A DNA stretch of 22,714 nt, from the sequence record SRR31156797_2108. One strand, given 5' to 3'. Every line of letters begins with the position of its first letter. The first letter of the stretch is position 1. This document shows, in pieces, positions 8,844-17,714 of this stretch. The translations under genes and the position numbers were made by a program. Below the pieces are notes generated by a model. It was not told the origin of the DNA, did no database searches, and saw only the letters and a program-made list of their open reading frames with translations.

Positions 8844-9484
8844 TGAGTGACTTAGACTTAAGTGAATTTGATAAAGCCCTAATCGATGTGAGGAAGGCTT
8901 ATCGTTTATTATATCATTACCAACGAAGAGTAATGGATACCGTTCAGTTCATTAGTGATCAAACGGCTTTCTCCTTTCATGGTGGCTGGTCGTGGTTTAG
9001 TGGCGCTATGCCAAAACATAAAAGTGTGAATTTGGCGCATTGGGCATGGGACTGGTTGAATATGTACCTGTACGATTTCCATTTGGGTAGTAGGACTGTA
9101 GCGGATGTTAAATACCATTTATCTGTTATTCTACAGAGTGATACCGGCTTTTTTGACTCTAAAACATCTGATAGATGCAATCTTGAAGCTTTTGCACCCG
9201 TCGAAGAGTCCGAAACACGTATGATCTTATGCTTGGGCGTAAACCATTGGGATCCGGGAAACATACTGACTGAAAAAACGATTCATAAAGGGAAAACCAA
9301 ATTTTATAAGGAATATGAAGATAAGGGCATCATGTTAGCCAAAGCATATAGTATGACTGCTTTTATGAATGAAGAGTCAATACTGTCAACTTTGGAGGAT
9401 TTTAAAACTTACTGTTGGGATAAGGGCGTCCTAGAATTGTTTAAGGAAGAAAGCCAAGAGGCTCAAACATCATCGTCTCAGTAA
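8843..9484 (+). CDS. Hypothetical protein (213 aa), translationally coupled to the nuclease
   Basis: TAATG stop/start overlap at 8841-8845; aromatic-rich segments GGWSWFS and HWAWDWLNMY; no recognised family. Confidence 0.8.
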   Translation: MSDLDLSEFDKALIDVRKAYRLLYHYQRRVMDTVQFISDQTAFSFHGGWSWFSGAMPKHKSVNLAHWAWDWLNMYLYDFHLGSRTVADVKYHLSVILQSDTGFFDSKTSDRCNLEAFAPVEESETRMILCLGVNHWDPGNILTEKTIHKGKTKFYKEYEDKGIMLAKAYSMTAFMNEESILSTLEDFKTYCWDKGVLELFKEESQEAQTSSSQ

Positions 9485-9622
9485 ATACCTCATTGAAAAG
9501 CTCTACCTGATCTTCACAGTAGAAAACAGATAATTATTGCAGAAACAGTATTAGGAACAACAAATAAAAACGATATTTGTTCTTCGGAAATCGACTGTGA
9601 TCTTTTCGATAAAATAACTGAC

Positions 9623-11176
9623 ATGACATTACAACTAGAAACGCTAGAGTCCTGGCTTTGGGACTCAGCGAATATACTCCGTGGGAGCATTGATAGCTCT
9701 GATTTTAAGAATTATATATTCGGATTACTTTTCCTGAAAAGAGCCAACGATGTGTTTGGAGAGGAAGTGGAAAGTATCATGAAAAGAGATAATATTTCTC
9801 GTAAGGATGCTGAAGATGAAACCTATTTTAAGATTCCACAGGAAGCGCATTGGAATGAATTGAAAAAGATAACCGAGAATATCGGTATGGCATTGGATAA
9901 AGCCTTTGCTGCTATTGAGCGTGACAATACTTCATTAGAGGGTGTGATGACAGCCACTAAGTTTGGCGATAAGGACAAACTTTCCGACGATGTGTTGCAA
10001 CGCCTTTTGTCTCACTTTAACAAGTACTCATTACGAAACGAAGACCTTTATACCCCCGATTTGCTGGGTGATGCTTACGAGTATCTAATTGAAAAATTTG
10101 CAGATGATGCTGGAAAGAAGGGGGGGGAATTCTATACCCCTCGTGGTGTTGTGAAACTGATTGTGGGGTTGATCAAACCCGAGCCAAAACAAAAAATATA
10201 CGACCCGACCTGTGGCTCAGGTGGTATGTTGATAGAATCAGCAAGATATATTGCTAAACAGCCTAATGGCAAGGTTGGAAACAACATAAATGTTTCTTTA
10301 TATGGGCAGGAAAAAAATCTTGGTACTTGGTCGATTGGTAAGCTGAATATGCTTTTGCATAACTATACAGATAGTGACCTTAGAAAAGGTGATACTCTGG
10401 TGAATCCTCAACATAAGGATGAAAACAATGAATTGGATTTATACGATAGAGTAATAGCAAATCCGCCATTTTCTGCCGATAAGTGGTGGACTCCTGCTGA
10501 AACCAATATCGAAGTGAAAGTAGATAAGAATGGTAAGGAAAAGCCAGTTACGCCTAACTATGCGAAAGTGGTTGTTGATAAATTTGGACGATTAAAATTT
10601 GGTGTGCCTCCAAGAGGTTATGCTGACCTTGCCTTTTTACAACACATGATTGCAGTACTAAAGCAAGATGGTAAAGCTGGAGTTGTTTTACCACATGGAA
10701 CTTTATTCCGTAGTGGAGCCGAAGGTAAAATACGACAAGCTTTATTAGAAGCTGATATTGTGGAAGGAATTGTTGGTTTGCCATCTGCCTTGTTTTACAA
10801 TACAGGAATTCCAGCCTCTATCTGGATTATTAATAAGAGCAAACCTGCTCATCTTAAAAATAAGATTGCCATTATTGATGGTTCATCTGATTATAAGGAA
10901 GGAAAAAATCAAAACGAGTTATTAGATACCCATCTAGATAAAATCATTACGGCTTATGATGCCTATGCTGATGTAGATAAATACATGCGTTTGGTTGACC
11001 TTTCTGAAATTAAAGAGAATGATTACAATCTAAATATTTCCCGTTATATCGATACCTCGGAGCCAGAGCCTGAAGTGGACTTGCAACTGGTAAAGAGCAA
11101 TATTGCTAAGCTTGAAGCTAAAGGGCAGGAAATTGATAAACAATTGGCTGGATTCTTAAAGGAGTTGGGAATATGA
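9623..11176 (+). CDS. hsdM: Type I R-M system methyltransferase subunit (m6A)
   Basis: LWDSANILRG N-terminus, GEFYTP, motif I YDPTCGSGGML, catalytic NPPF, LFYNTGIP, YNLNISRY. Confidence 0.97.
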   Translation: MTLQLETLESWLWDSANILRGSIDSSDFKNYIFGLLFLKRANDVFGEEVESIMKRDNISRKDAEDETYFKIPQEAHWNELKKITENIGMALDKAFAAIERDNTSLEGVMTATKFGDKDKLSDDVLQRLLSHFNKYSLRNEDLYTPDLLGDAYEYLIEKFADDAGKKGGEFYTPRGVVKLIVGLIKPEPKQKIYDPTCGSGGMLIESARYIAKQPNGKVGNNINVSLYGQEKNLGTWSIGKLNMLLHNYTDSDLRKGDTLVNPQHKDENNELDLYDRVIANPPFSADKWWTPAETNIEVKVDKNGKEKPVTPNYAKVVVDKFGRLKFGVPPRGYADLAFLQHMIAVLKQDGKAGVVLPHGTLFRSGAEGKIRQALLEADIVEGIVGLPSALFYNTGIPASIWIINKSKPAHLKNKIAIIDGSSDYKEGKNQNELLDTHLDKIITAYDAYADVDKYMRLVDLSEIKENDYNLNISRYIDTSEPEPEVDLQLVKSNIAKLEAKGQEIDKQLAGFLKELGI

Positions 11177-12519
11177 GAGAGGGATACAAAGATTCAGCTT
11201 TAGGTGAAATTCCTGAAGATTGGGAAGTTGGAGCTATTAATGATTATGTTGAAGCTATAAAGGGGGGGGCAGCTTTGAAGCCCTCGGATTTTGTTGAGGG
11301 AAAAGGATTTCCTGTAATTCCTAAGAAGGCTATTGGTTCAGGAGGAAAATTGAATATAGATAAACTTAATCCAACTTTTTGTACTTTTTCCTTTGCGAAA
11401 GCGAATGATACTAATATAATTGATGAGACATATATTGTTACTACTTTAAGAGATTTAGTTCCGAGTGGACCTTCAATAGGTTACATGGTAGAATTTCACT
11501 CTAAAGAAGAATATATTCTTGCTCAAGGAGTGTATGGCTTTCAATTAAATGATAAAATAAATAGGAAGTTTGTAGTTCAGTACTCTAATACCAAAGAATT
11601 TCGTAAAGTAATGCAGAAAATTAAGGTTGGGAGTACTCAAGTTCATATTCGGAATAAAGACTATTTTGGAGTAACGATTCCACTACCCCCACTCCCCGAG
11701 CAACAAAAAATAGCCCAAATTCTCTCAACAGTAGATGAGAAAATTGATATTATAGACCAACAAATAGCCGAAAGAACTGAGCTGAAAAAAGGCTTAATGC
11801 AAAAACTGCTCACCAAAGGCATCGGTCACAGTAAGTTTAAAGATTCTCCTTTGGGGAAGATTCCTGAGGATTGGAATGTCGTTAAAATTTCGGATTTGAA
11901 AAAACAAGGCGTGTTTTCTATGATTCAAGATGGTAATCATGGCGAATCTCATCCTGTTTCTTCTGATTTTGTTAAAGAAGGAGTGCCTTTTATTATGGCA
12001 AATAGTATAACAAAATCAAATGTTATTGATTTATCAAGTGTTAAACGAATCTCTGAAAAACAATATAAATCATTAAGAATAGGATTTGCAGAACCCAATG
12101 ATGTTTTATTGACTCATAAAGGGACTGTTGGATTAACTGCTTTAGTTGAGGAGTGTCATGGTAGTTTAATGCTTACTCCTCAAGTAACCCTTTATAGAAT
12201 AGCTCATTCTACACAGTTGAATCGTAAATATCTTTATTATTATTTCCAATCTGATTGTTTTCAGAAGGTAATTGAGAAATATTCGAAGCAAAGTACTCGT
12301 GCCTATATTGGTATTACTAATCAGCAAAAGTTGTCGGTTATTTTACCACAGAATATCACCGAACAAAAACAAATAGCCTCTATTCTCTCAACAGTTGATG
12401 AGAAATTGAATGTTTTAAAAGATAAAAAATCAGAATATCAAGAATTGAAAAAAGGATTGATGCAACAATTATTAACAGGGAAAGTGCGAGTGAAGGTGGA
12501 AGAAAGAGTTGCCCAATAA
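11173..12519 (+). CDS. hsdS: Type I R-M system specificity subunit
   Basis: Two TRDs, each preceded by LGxIPEDW and followed by EQxxIAxILSTVDEK...ELKKGLMQxLLT; ATGA overlap with hsdM. Confidence 0.97.
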   Translation: MREGYKDSALGEIPEDWEVGAINDYVEAIKGGAALKPSDFVEGKGFPVIPKKAIGSGGKLNIDKLNPTFCTFSFAKANDTNIIDETYIVTTLRDLVPSGPSIGYMVEFHSKEEYILAQGVYGFQLNDKINRKFVVQYSNTKEFRKVMQKIKVGSTQVHIRNKDYFGVTIPLPPLPEQQKIAQILSTVDEKIDIIDQQIAERTELKKGLMQKLLTKGIGHSKFKDSPLGKIPEDWNVVKISDLKKQGVFSMIQDGNHGESHPVSSDFVKEGVPFIMANSITKSNVIDLSSVKRISEKQYKSLRIGFAEPNDVLLTHKGTVGLTALVEECHGSLMLTPQVTLYRIAHSTQLNRKYLYYYFQSDCFQKVIEKYSKQSTRAYIGITNQQKLSVILPQNITEQKQIASILSTVDEKLNVLKDKKSEYQELKKGLMQQLLTGKVRVKVEERVAQ

Positions 12520-12530
12520 GGAAAATAAAA

Positions 12531-15500
12531 ATGACTCAAAACCCAGAATACGTTTATAGTGAATTACCAGCTTTAGAATTGTTTCAAAAGTTGGGATACT
12601 CTTACATTCATGGTGCAGAAACAACAGAACGAGAAGATATTACAGATGTCATTTTTCAGGATAGTCTTCGCTCTGCAATCTTGCGAATTAACCCTTGGAT
12701 GGATGAGAATAATCTGGAAAAAGCAATTTCCGAGATAACATCTGTTGAAGGGAATTCACTTATGGAAATCAATCAGGGGATTTGGGATTTACTAAAAGGT
12801 GAGACTCTTAGTCTGAAACAAGTCATTGATGGTGTTGAGGATTATCATCCAGTTTCCTTTATTGACTACAAAAATCCAGAGAACAACGAATTTTTGGTCA
12901 TCAATCAAATAAAGTATCATGGGCGTTTACAGCATTCCATTCCTGATATCATGGTTTATGTCAACGGTTTACCTTTGGCATTAATTGAGTGTAAATCACC
13001 TACGGCTTTGGATGCTTGGGAGAAGGCTTACAATGATTTAAAATATTATCAGAAAAACTCAGAAAAGCTATTTCATTACAATCAAATTTGCGTTGGAATT
13101 TGGGAAATCGGTGGGAAATATGGAGCCATTACTGCACCTGAACAATTTTATTCTGTCTACCGTACAAAAGAGGAAGATAATCTACCTGACTATATCAAGA
13201 CAGAACAAGATAAACTCATCTATTCCTTATTCGAGAAAGAGCGATTTCTGGATATCATCCGCAACTTTGTGATATATGAGTTGGATGAAGGCAAAATCAT
13301 CAAGAAATTACCTAGATATCAACAGTTGCGAGCAACCAATAAAACCATTACCCGATTACAACAAGACCAAGGTGGAGTGGTTTGGCACACCCAAGGAAGT
13401 GGTAAGTCTATTACTATGGCATACGTTGCTAGGAAGTTACAGGCTCAGGAAAATGGTTTCGAAAATCCAACCATAGTCATCATGACGGATAGAACGGATT
13501 TAGACAGGCAAATTACCAATACTTTCAGAAATATTGGTTTTAAAAATGTCTCTCAGGCTGGTTCTGTTACGCATCTCGATGGATTGTTAAGAAACGACTA
13601 TGGTGGCATCATCACCACAACACTACAGAAATTTCAAGAATCAGATAAGGAAAGTACCAGTTCTACCGACCAAACCCAAGCTGAAGAACAAGGAAATGTT
13701 CGTGTTGAGAAAAATATTAATGGAAGTACTTTAGTAAAAATTACCAAGGTTCTAAAAAACGATAAATGGGTAGAGCAAAGCCGAGAAGAAATTATTCTGG
13801 AGGAGCTTTCGAAAAAGAAAAACCTTTATGTCTTGGTTGATGAAGCACATCGAAGCCATTATGGTTTTTTAGCCTCATTTATGCGTACGGTTCTACCTCA
13901 TGCGAAATTTGTAGCCTTTACGGGAACACCTATTTCTAAGGAAGATAAATCAACTTTGGCAGAGTTTTATGGTGGTGAGTATATTGATGTATACACCATC
14001 ACTGAATCGGTAGCTGATGGAGCAACTGTTGAGCTGAAATACGATGAAGGAATAGCCAAGCTGGATATCAAAAAAGAGGAGTTAGATAAGGAGTTCAAAG
14101 AAAAATTTGGTCATTATTCTGAAGATAAACAGGACAGATTAAAAAATGAGGCGCTTCGAAAATATCAGTTTTCAAAAGAGCGTATTCAGGAAATATCTAA
14201 GCATATTGTAGATAATTATCGTGATAAGATATATGCCGATGGGCATAAGGCAATGATAGTTTGTTCTGGTAGAGGAGGGGCTATTAAATACAAGCAAGCC
14301 CTTGAAGAACTAAAAGAACAGGGGTATCACAATTTCGAATCAAAAGTGGTTGTTAGCATCGGTTCTCCCAAAACGGATAGGATTGCCCGAGAATACTACG
14401 AGACTTTAGATTGGAATAAGAAGCATCCAGATAATCAACAACCAATTTGGGTCACTCCTTCAGAGGAGGTTAAAACTGTTTCTGATGATTTTAAATTGCC
14501 ATTTGGTGATGAGTCTGAAACCGAGAAATCTGGTAAAAAGAAACATGATAACACAGCTTTCCTGATTGTGTCTGATATGCTCCTTACTGGATACGATGCA
14601 CCAATTGCATCTTGTCTATATTTGGATAAACCACTGAAAGAACACAATTTATTACAAGCCATTGCTCGTGTAAATCGTTCGAAGGTGGGGAAGAATGCAG
14701 GCTATATTGTCGATTATATTGGAATTGGGAGTAATTTGATTCAAGCTCTGGAAATTTTCACAGGAGATATTAAACCTGATGATATTATAAAAGACATTAA
14801 TGAGGAACTGCCTCGTTTGGAAACCAATCATGCTAAAATGTTGGCTTTCTTCAAACCAATTCGAGTAGATAGAAAGTACAATAGAATGGAGTTTATTGAA
14901 AAGGCTGTATTGTATATAGAGCCAGTTGATAAACGGGATGAATTTAAATTATTACTAAAGCAGTTTAATAAGTCTATCAATATTGTGCTTCCCAATGTAA
15001 AGGCTTTGAAATATCAGTCCGATTTCAAATTATTTAATGAAATCAGACTGCGAGCTAGAAATGCCTATCCTGATGACCAAGAACTGAAGGTTACTAAGGA
15101 AGAGAGTAAAATGCTTCAGGATATGATTGATGAACATCTGAAAGCTGAGGGAGTTGATAATTTGTTGGAAGAGCCAATTTCCATTATTGATAAGGATAAG
15201 TTCCGTGAAGAATTATTGAATGCATCTCCTTCTACTAAGGAGCTGAAGATGAAAAATAATCTGAAGCATACCATTAAGGTGGGCATGGATAAGAACCCAG
15301 ATTTCTTTAAACCTCTTGCTGAGCGATTAGAGGAACTTCTGAAGAGAAGAAAAGAGGAACGAATTACTCAGCTCGATTTATTGAAAGAGTTCGCTAAAAT
15401 CCAGGATGATATCATTGATAATGCGAAAGAAGGCGAAAGCAAAGGTTTTAAGACTGAAAGGAAACGAGCTGTTTATGATTCCATGAAAACCATATTTAAT

Positions 15501-15704
15501 GGTGGAGCTGAAGATGCGACCCACACACTATTCGATTTGGTAAAGGGTGAATTAGAAATTGTTGATTGGGTTAATAAAGGGCAGGTTAAAAAAGATATCG
15601 AGAACAAGTTGAAGCGATTCTTATCTGATAAAATGGGAAGGGATAAAGCCAAGCTTAAGGCTAAGGAGTTGGTTGATGTCATGGTGAAAAACAAGGATGA
15701 ATAA
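12531..15704 (+). CDS. hsdR: Type I R-M system restriction subunit
   Basis: Nuclease motif PDIMVYVNGLPLALIECK; helicase motifs HTQGSGKS, DRTDLD, DEAHRS, FTGTP, LLTGYDAP, QAIARVNR. Confidence 0.97.
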   Translation: MTQNPEYVYSELPALELFQKLGYSYIHGAETTEREDITDVIFQDSLRSAILRINPWMDENNLEKAISEITSVEGNSLMEINQGIWDLLKGETLSLKQVIDGVEDYHPVSFIDYKNPENNEFLVINQIKYHGRLQHSIPDIMVYVNGLPLALIECKSPTALDAWEKAYNDLKYYQKNSEKLFHYNQICVGIWEIGGKYGAITAPEQFYSVYRTKEEDNLPDYIKTEQDKLIYSLFEKERFLDIIRNFVIYELDEGKIIKKLPRYQQLRATNKTITRLQQDQGGVVWHTQGSGKSITMAYVARKLQAQENGFENPTIVIMTDRTDLDRQITNTFRNIGFKNVSQAGSVTHLDGLLRNDYGGIITTTLQKFQESDKESTSSTDQTQAEEQGNVRVEKNINGSTLVKITKVLKNDKWVEQSREEIILEELSKKKNLYVLVDEAHRSHYGFLASFMRTVLPHAKFVAFTGTPISKEDKSTLAEFYGGEYIDVYTITESVADGATVELKYDEGIAKLDIKKEELDKEFKEKFGHYSEDKQDRLKNEALRKYQFSKERIQEISKHIVDNYRDKIYADGHKAMIVCSGRGGAIKYKQALEELKEQGYHNFESKVVVSIGSPKTDRIAREYYETLDWNKKHPDNQQPIWVTPSEEVKTVSDDFKLPFGDESETEKSGKKKHDNTAFLIVSDMLLTGYDAPIASCLYLDKPLKEHNLLQAIARVNRSKVGKNAGYIVDYIGIGSNLIQALEIFTGDIKPDDIIKDINEELPRLETNHAKMLAFFKPIRVDRKYNRMEFIEKAVLYIEPVDKRDEFKLLLKQFNKSINIVLPNVKALKYQSDFKLFNEIRLRARNAYPDDQELKVTKEESKMLQDMIDEHLKAEGVDNLLEEPISIIDKDKFREELLNASPSTKELKMKNNLKHTIKVGMDKNPDFFKPLAERLEELLKRRKEERITQLDLLKEFAKIQDDIIDNAKEGESKGFKTERKRAVYDSMKTIFNGGAEDATHTLFDLVKGELEIVDWVNKGQVKKDIENKLKRFLSDKMGRDKAKLKAKELVDVMVKNKDE

Positions 15705-15707
15705 AAG

Positions 15708-15825
15708 AACCTGACAGCGTCTTTTTTTGACCTGTCAGCGTTTATTTCCTCACCTAATTTAGGGGAGGTGTCCGAAGGACTGAGGGGTGAAAGAGACAGA
15801 ACCATAAATCTGTCAGCGTTTATTT
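15708..15825. repeat. Composite REP-like palindrome cluster between hsdR and the peptidase gene
   Basis: AACCTGACAGCGTC-T7-GACCTGTCAGCGTT (15708-15742); CCTCACCTAA-T-TTAGGGGAGG plus GTCC-GAA-GGAC (15748-15780); 16-bp direct repeat CTGTCAGCGTTTATTT at 15732 and 15810. Confidence 0.8.
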
Positions 15826-15838
15826 TGTAAAAGGAAAA

Positions 15839-16531
15839 ATGAAGCAAGTAGCGTACGGAAATAGAACGATAGAATATGCTTTTGAAGAGAACAATACTCT
15901 GAAATCGCATTATATCACTGTGGAGAAGGGAAGAGGCGTTATCCTGAAAGGAAAAGCTGTGTCCAAGGAAAAGGCTGATGCTCTCATTTTAAAAAAAGCG
16001 GCTTGGATTTTCGAAAAGTTGGAATTGGTTCGTTCTGTTGATACAGGTGATATTCAAACTGGTTCTCGTTTAACCTATCTGGGAAGAAGTTACTATGTTA
16101 CTCTAACGATTAACGAAGAGCTTAAAAAAGTAGTCGTTGAATTTACACATTCAAAATTCAATATTAGTCTGCCATCAAAACTCAATACTCAAAGCGAGAT
16201 TAAAACGGCTTTGGAGTATTTCAAGCGAGAAAAAGCAAAAGAAAAACTCACATCTCGCATTCATAAATGGGTAGATGTAACAGGTTTAAAGTATAAGAAT
16301 ATCAGGTTTAAAAAGATGGATAAGGCTTGGGGAAACTGTAGCCCTCAAAATAGCATCACATTCAACTACGATGCCATAACACTACCTTATTCCTTAATTG
16401 ATTATCTCATCGTCCATGAACTAGTTCACACAAAAATCAAGAACCACTCCAAAGAGTTCTGGGCTGAAGTCTCAAAACACCTACCCAATTGGAAACAACT
16501 CGATGAGCGTATGGGGGATTTTAAAATCTAG
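15839..16531 (+). CDS. M48/YgjP-like (DUF45) zinc metallopeptidase family protein
   Basis: WGNCS, DYLIVHELVH (HExxH), NHSKEFW; this family is commonly found downstream of hsdR. Confidence 0.9.
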   Translation: MKQVAYGNRTIEYAFEENNTLKSHYITVEKGRGVILKGKAVSKEKADALILKKAAWIFEKLELVRSVDTGDIQTGSRLTYLGRSYYVTLTINEELKKVVVEFTHSKFNISLPSKLNTQSEIKTALEYFKREKAKEKLTSRIHKWVDVTGLKYKNIRFKKMDKAWGNCSPQNSITFNYDAITLPYSLIDYLIVHELVHTKIKNHSKEFWAEVSKHLPNWKQLDERMGDFKI

Positions 16532-16539
16532 ATAATAAT

Positions 16540-17253
16540 ATGGATACTTTTTTTAGTATAGTTTACGTTTTGGGCATTATCTTCTTAATTCTTTACACCA
16601 AAGGAGAAAGCGCCATTACCCATCCAAAATTTAAAGCTTGCATAAAGAAAGTAGATAACCTCTCAATTTGGTTGGTAAGAAAATCACTTCGATCAAAGCT
16701 TATAAATTTTTACAATCGACACGGTAGATTATTAAGAAGAATGATGATTTTTAATTTCTTTTTAATGGGGATTGTATCAACACATGTGGCATTTTGGATT
16801 CTTTTAACTCTTGTAAGTATTGAATTGATTTTATTTCTGATATACATTACAGTTAAACCTATTCCGGTATATTTGGCAAAAATTAAAAAATCAATAATAG
16901 AATCACGCTACAATTTTTTCTTGTTTATTATAGGGATTAGTATTTTATGGATATCGAATTTTGAATCTTTCAATAAGTCGGTAAAGGACTTGTTAGAATT
17001 CTTAATAGCAATATATAACTTACTTAGTCCTAATGAAGTCAACTATTTATTGGTTGTGCTTTTATTTGCTATTATACTACCTTTATTTCCATTGATTTGG
17101 AGATTGATCATTTTTGCTTTGTCTAGAGTATATAAGTTATTCATATGTATTTGCTTCAGATTAAACCATAGAAAACCAATCCGATCGGCTATACTATTAG
17201 GGTCAATTATTGTAGTCATTTTCACAAAAACACTTGAAATACTATTACAATAA
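16540..17253 (+). CDS. Hypothetical multi-pass membrane protein
   Basis: 237-aa ORF with about 5-6 hydrophobic segments, very AT-rich, 8 nt after the peptidase stop. Confidence 0.65.
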   Translation: MDTFFSIVYVLGIIFLILYTKGESAITHPKFKACIKKVDNLSIWLVRKSLRSKLINFYNRHGRLLRRMMIFNFFLMGIVSTHVAFWILLTLVSIELILFLIYITVKPIPVYLAKIKKSIIESRYNFFLFIIGISILWISNFESFNKSVKDLLEFLIAIYNLLSPNEVNYLLVVLLFAIILPLFPLIWRLIIFALSRVYKLFICICFRLNHRKPIRSAILLGSIIVVIFTKTLEILLQ

Positions 17254-17409
17254 TATAGTCCAATAACCTTGATGGCGAGAATTTCCATCGCCTACTCACT
17301 TTATGCAGCAGACTTTATTTGAAAAATCGAATTAGAAGATTAAGAGATCTTCCATCTAAAATCAAAATTCCCCAAACAAATCTATTCTACCACCTAAAAA
17401 TCTAATTCC

Positions 17410-17442
17410 ACATGTCTAGCATCTCTAAGATGCTTGACATGT
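17410..17442. repeat. Palindrome (REP-like)
   Basis: ACATGTCTAGCATCT-CTA-AGATGCTTGACATGT: 15-bp arms, 1 mismatch. Confidence 0.7.
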
Positions 17443-17471
17443 TACAACTGAAAGTTTAGGAATGAAAAATA

Positions 17472-17550
17472 CCCCGTAAAAACGCTATGTCTCGCGTCTG
17501 TGTATGATGCAAATTAATGCCTTGCGTCTGTATAACACACCTCACGTCTG
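17472..17550 (+). repeat. 79-bp direct repeat, copy 1
   Basis: 70/79 identical, ungapped, to 18470-18548 by manual alignment. Confidence 0.9.
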
Positions 17551-17579
17551 TCCAACACATTGATCTTATTTAAATATTC

Positions 17580-17701
17580 AGACCTGTCAGGTTTTCAAAA
17601 CCTGACAGGTCTTTTTTATGGAGATAACCCGACAGACCTGTTGGCGTTGATAAATTCCGAAAATCATAAAACGCTGTCAGGTACTTGTACGCTGACAGGT
17701 T
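17580..17701. repeat. REP palindrome cluster downstream of the RAYT
   Basis: Perfect AGACCTGTCAGGTTTT-C-AAAACCTGACAGGTCT (17580-17612); degenerate AACCCGACAG-AC-CTGTTGGCGTT (17626-17648); AACGCTGTCAGGTAC-TT-GTACGCTGACAGGTT (17670-17701). Confidence 0.85.
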
Positions 17702-17714
17702 AGTATGAACGAAA

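Noticed and set aside
11173-12519. hsdS shufflon
   Set aside because: Single hsdS, no inverted silent copies and no recombinase nearby.
1153-14662. Short ORFs nested in or antisense to the sus, GH, nuclease and hsd genes
   Set aside because: Shadow ORFs overlapping well-supported genes, with no recognisable motifs.
15473-15910. 145-aa minus-strand ORF sharing NADRS..DAVRF with the RAYT
   Set aside because: The peptide similarity is just the REP read through; the ORF is antisense to hsdR and the peptidase gene.
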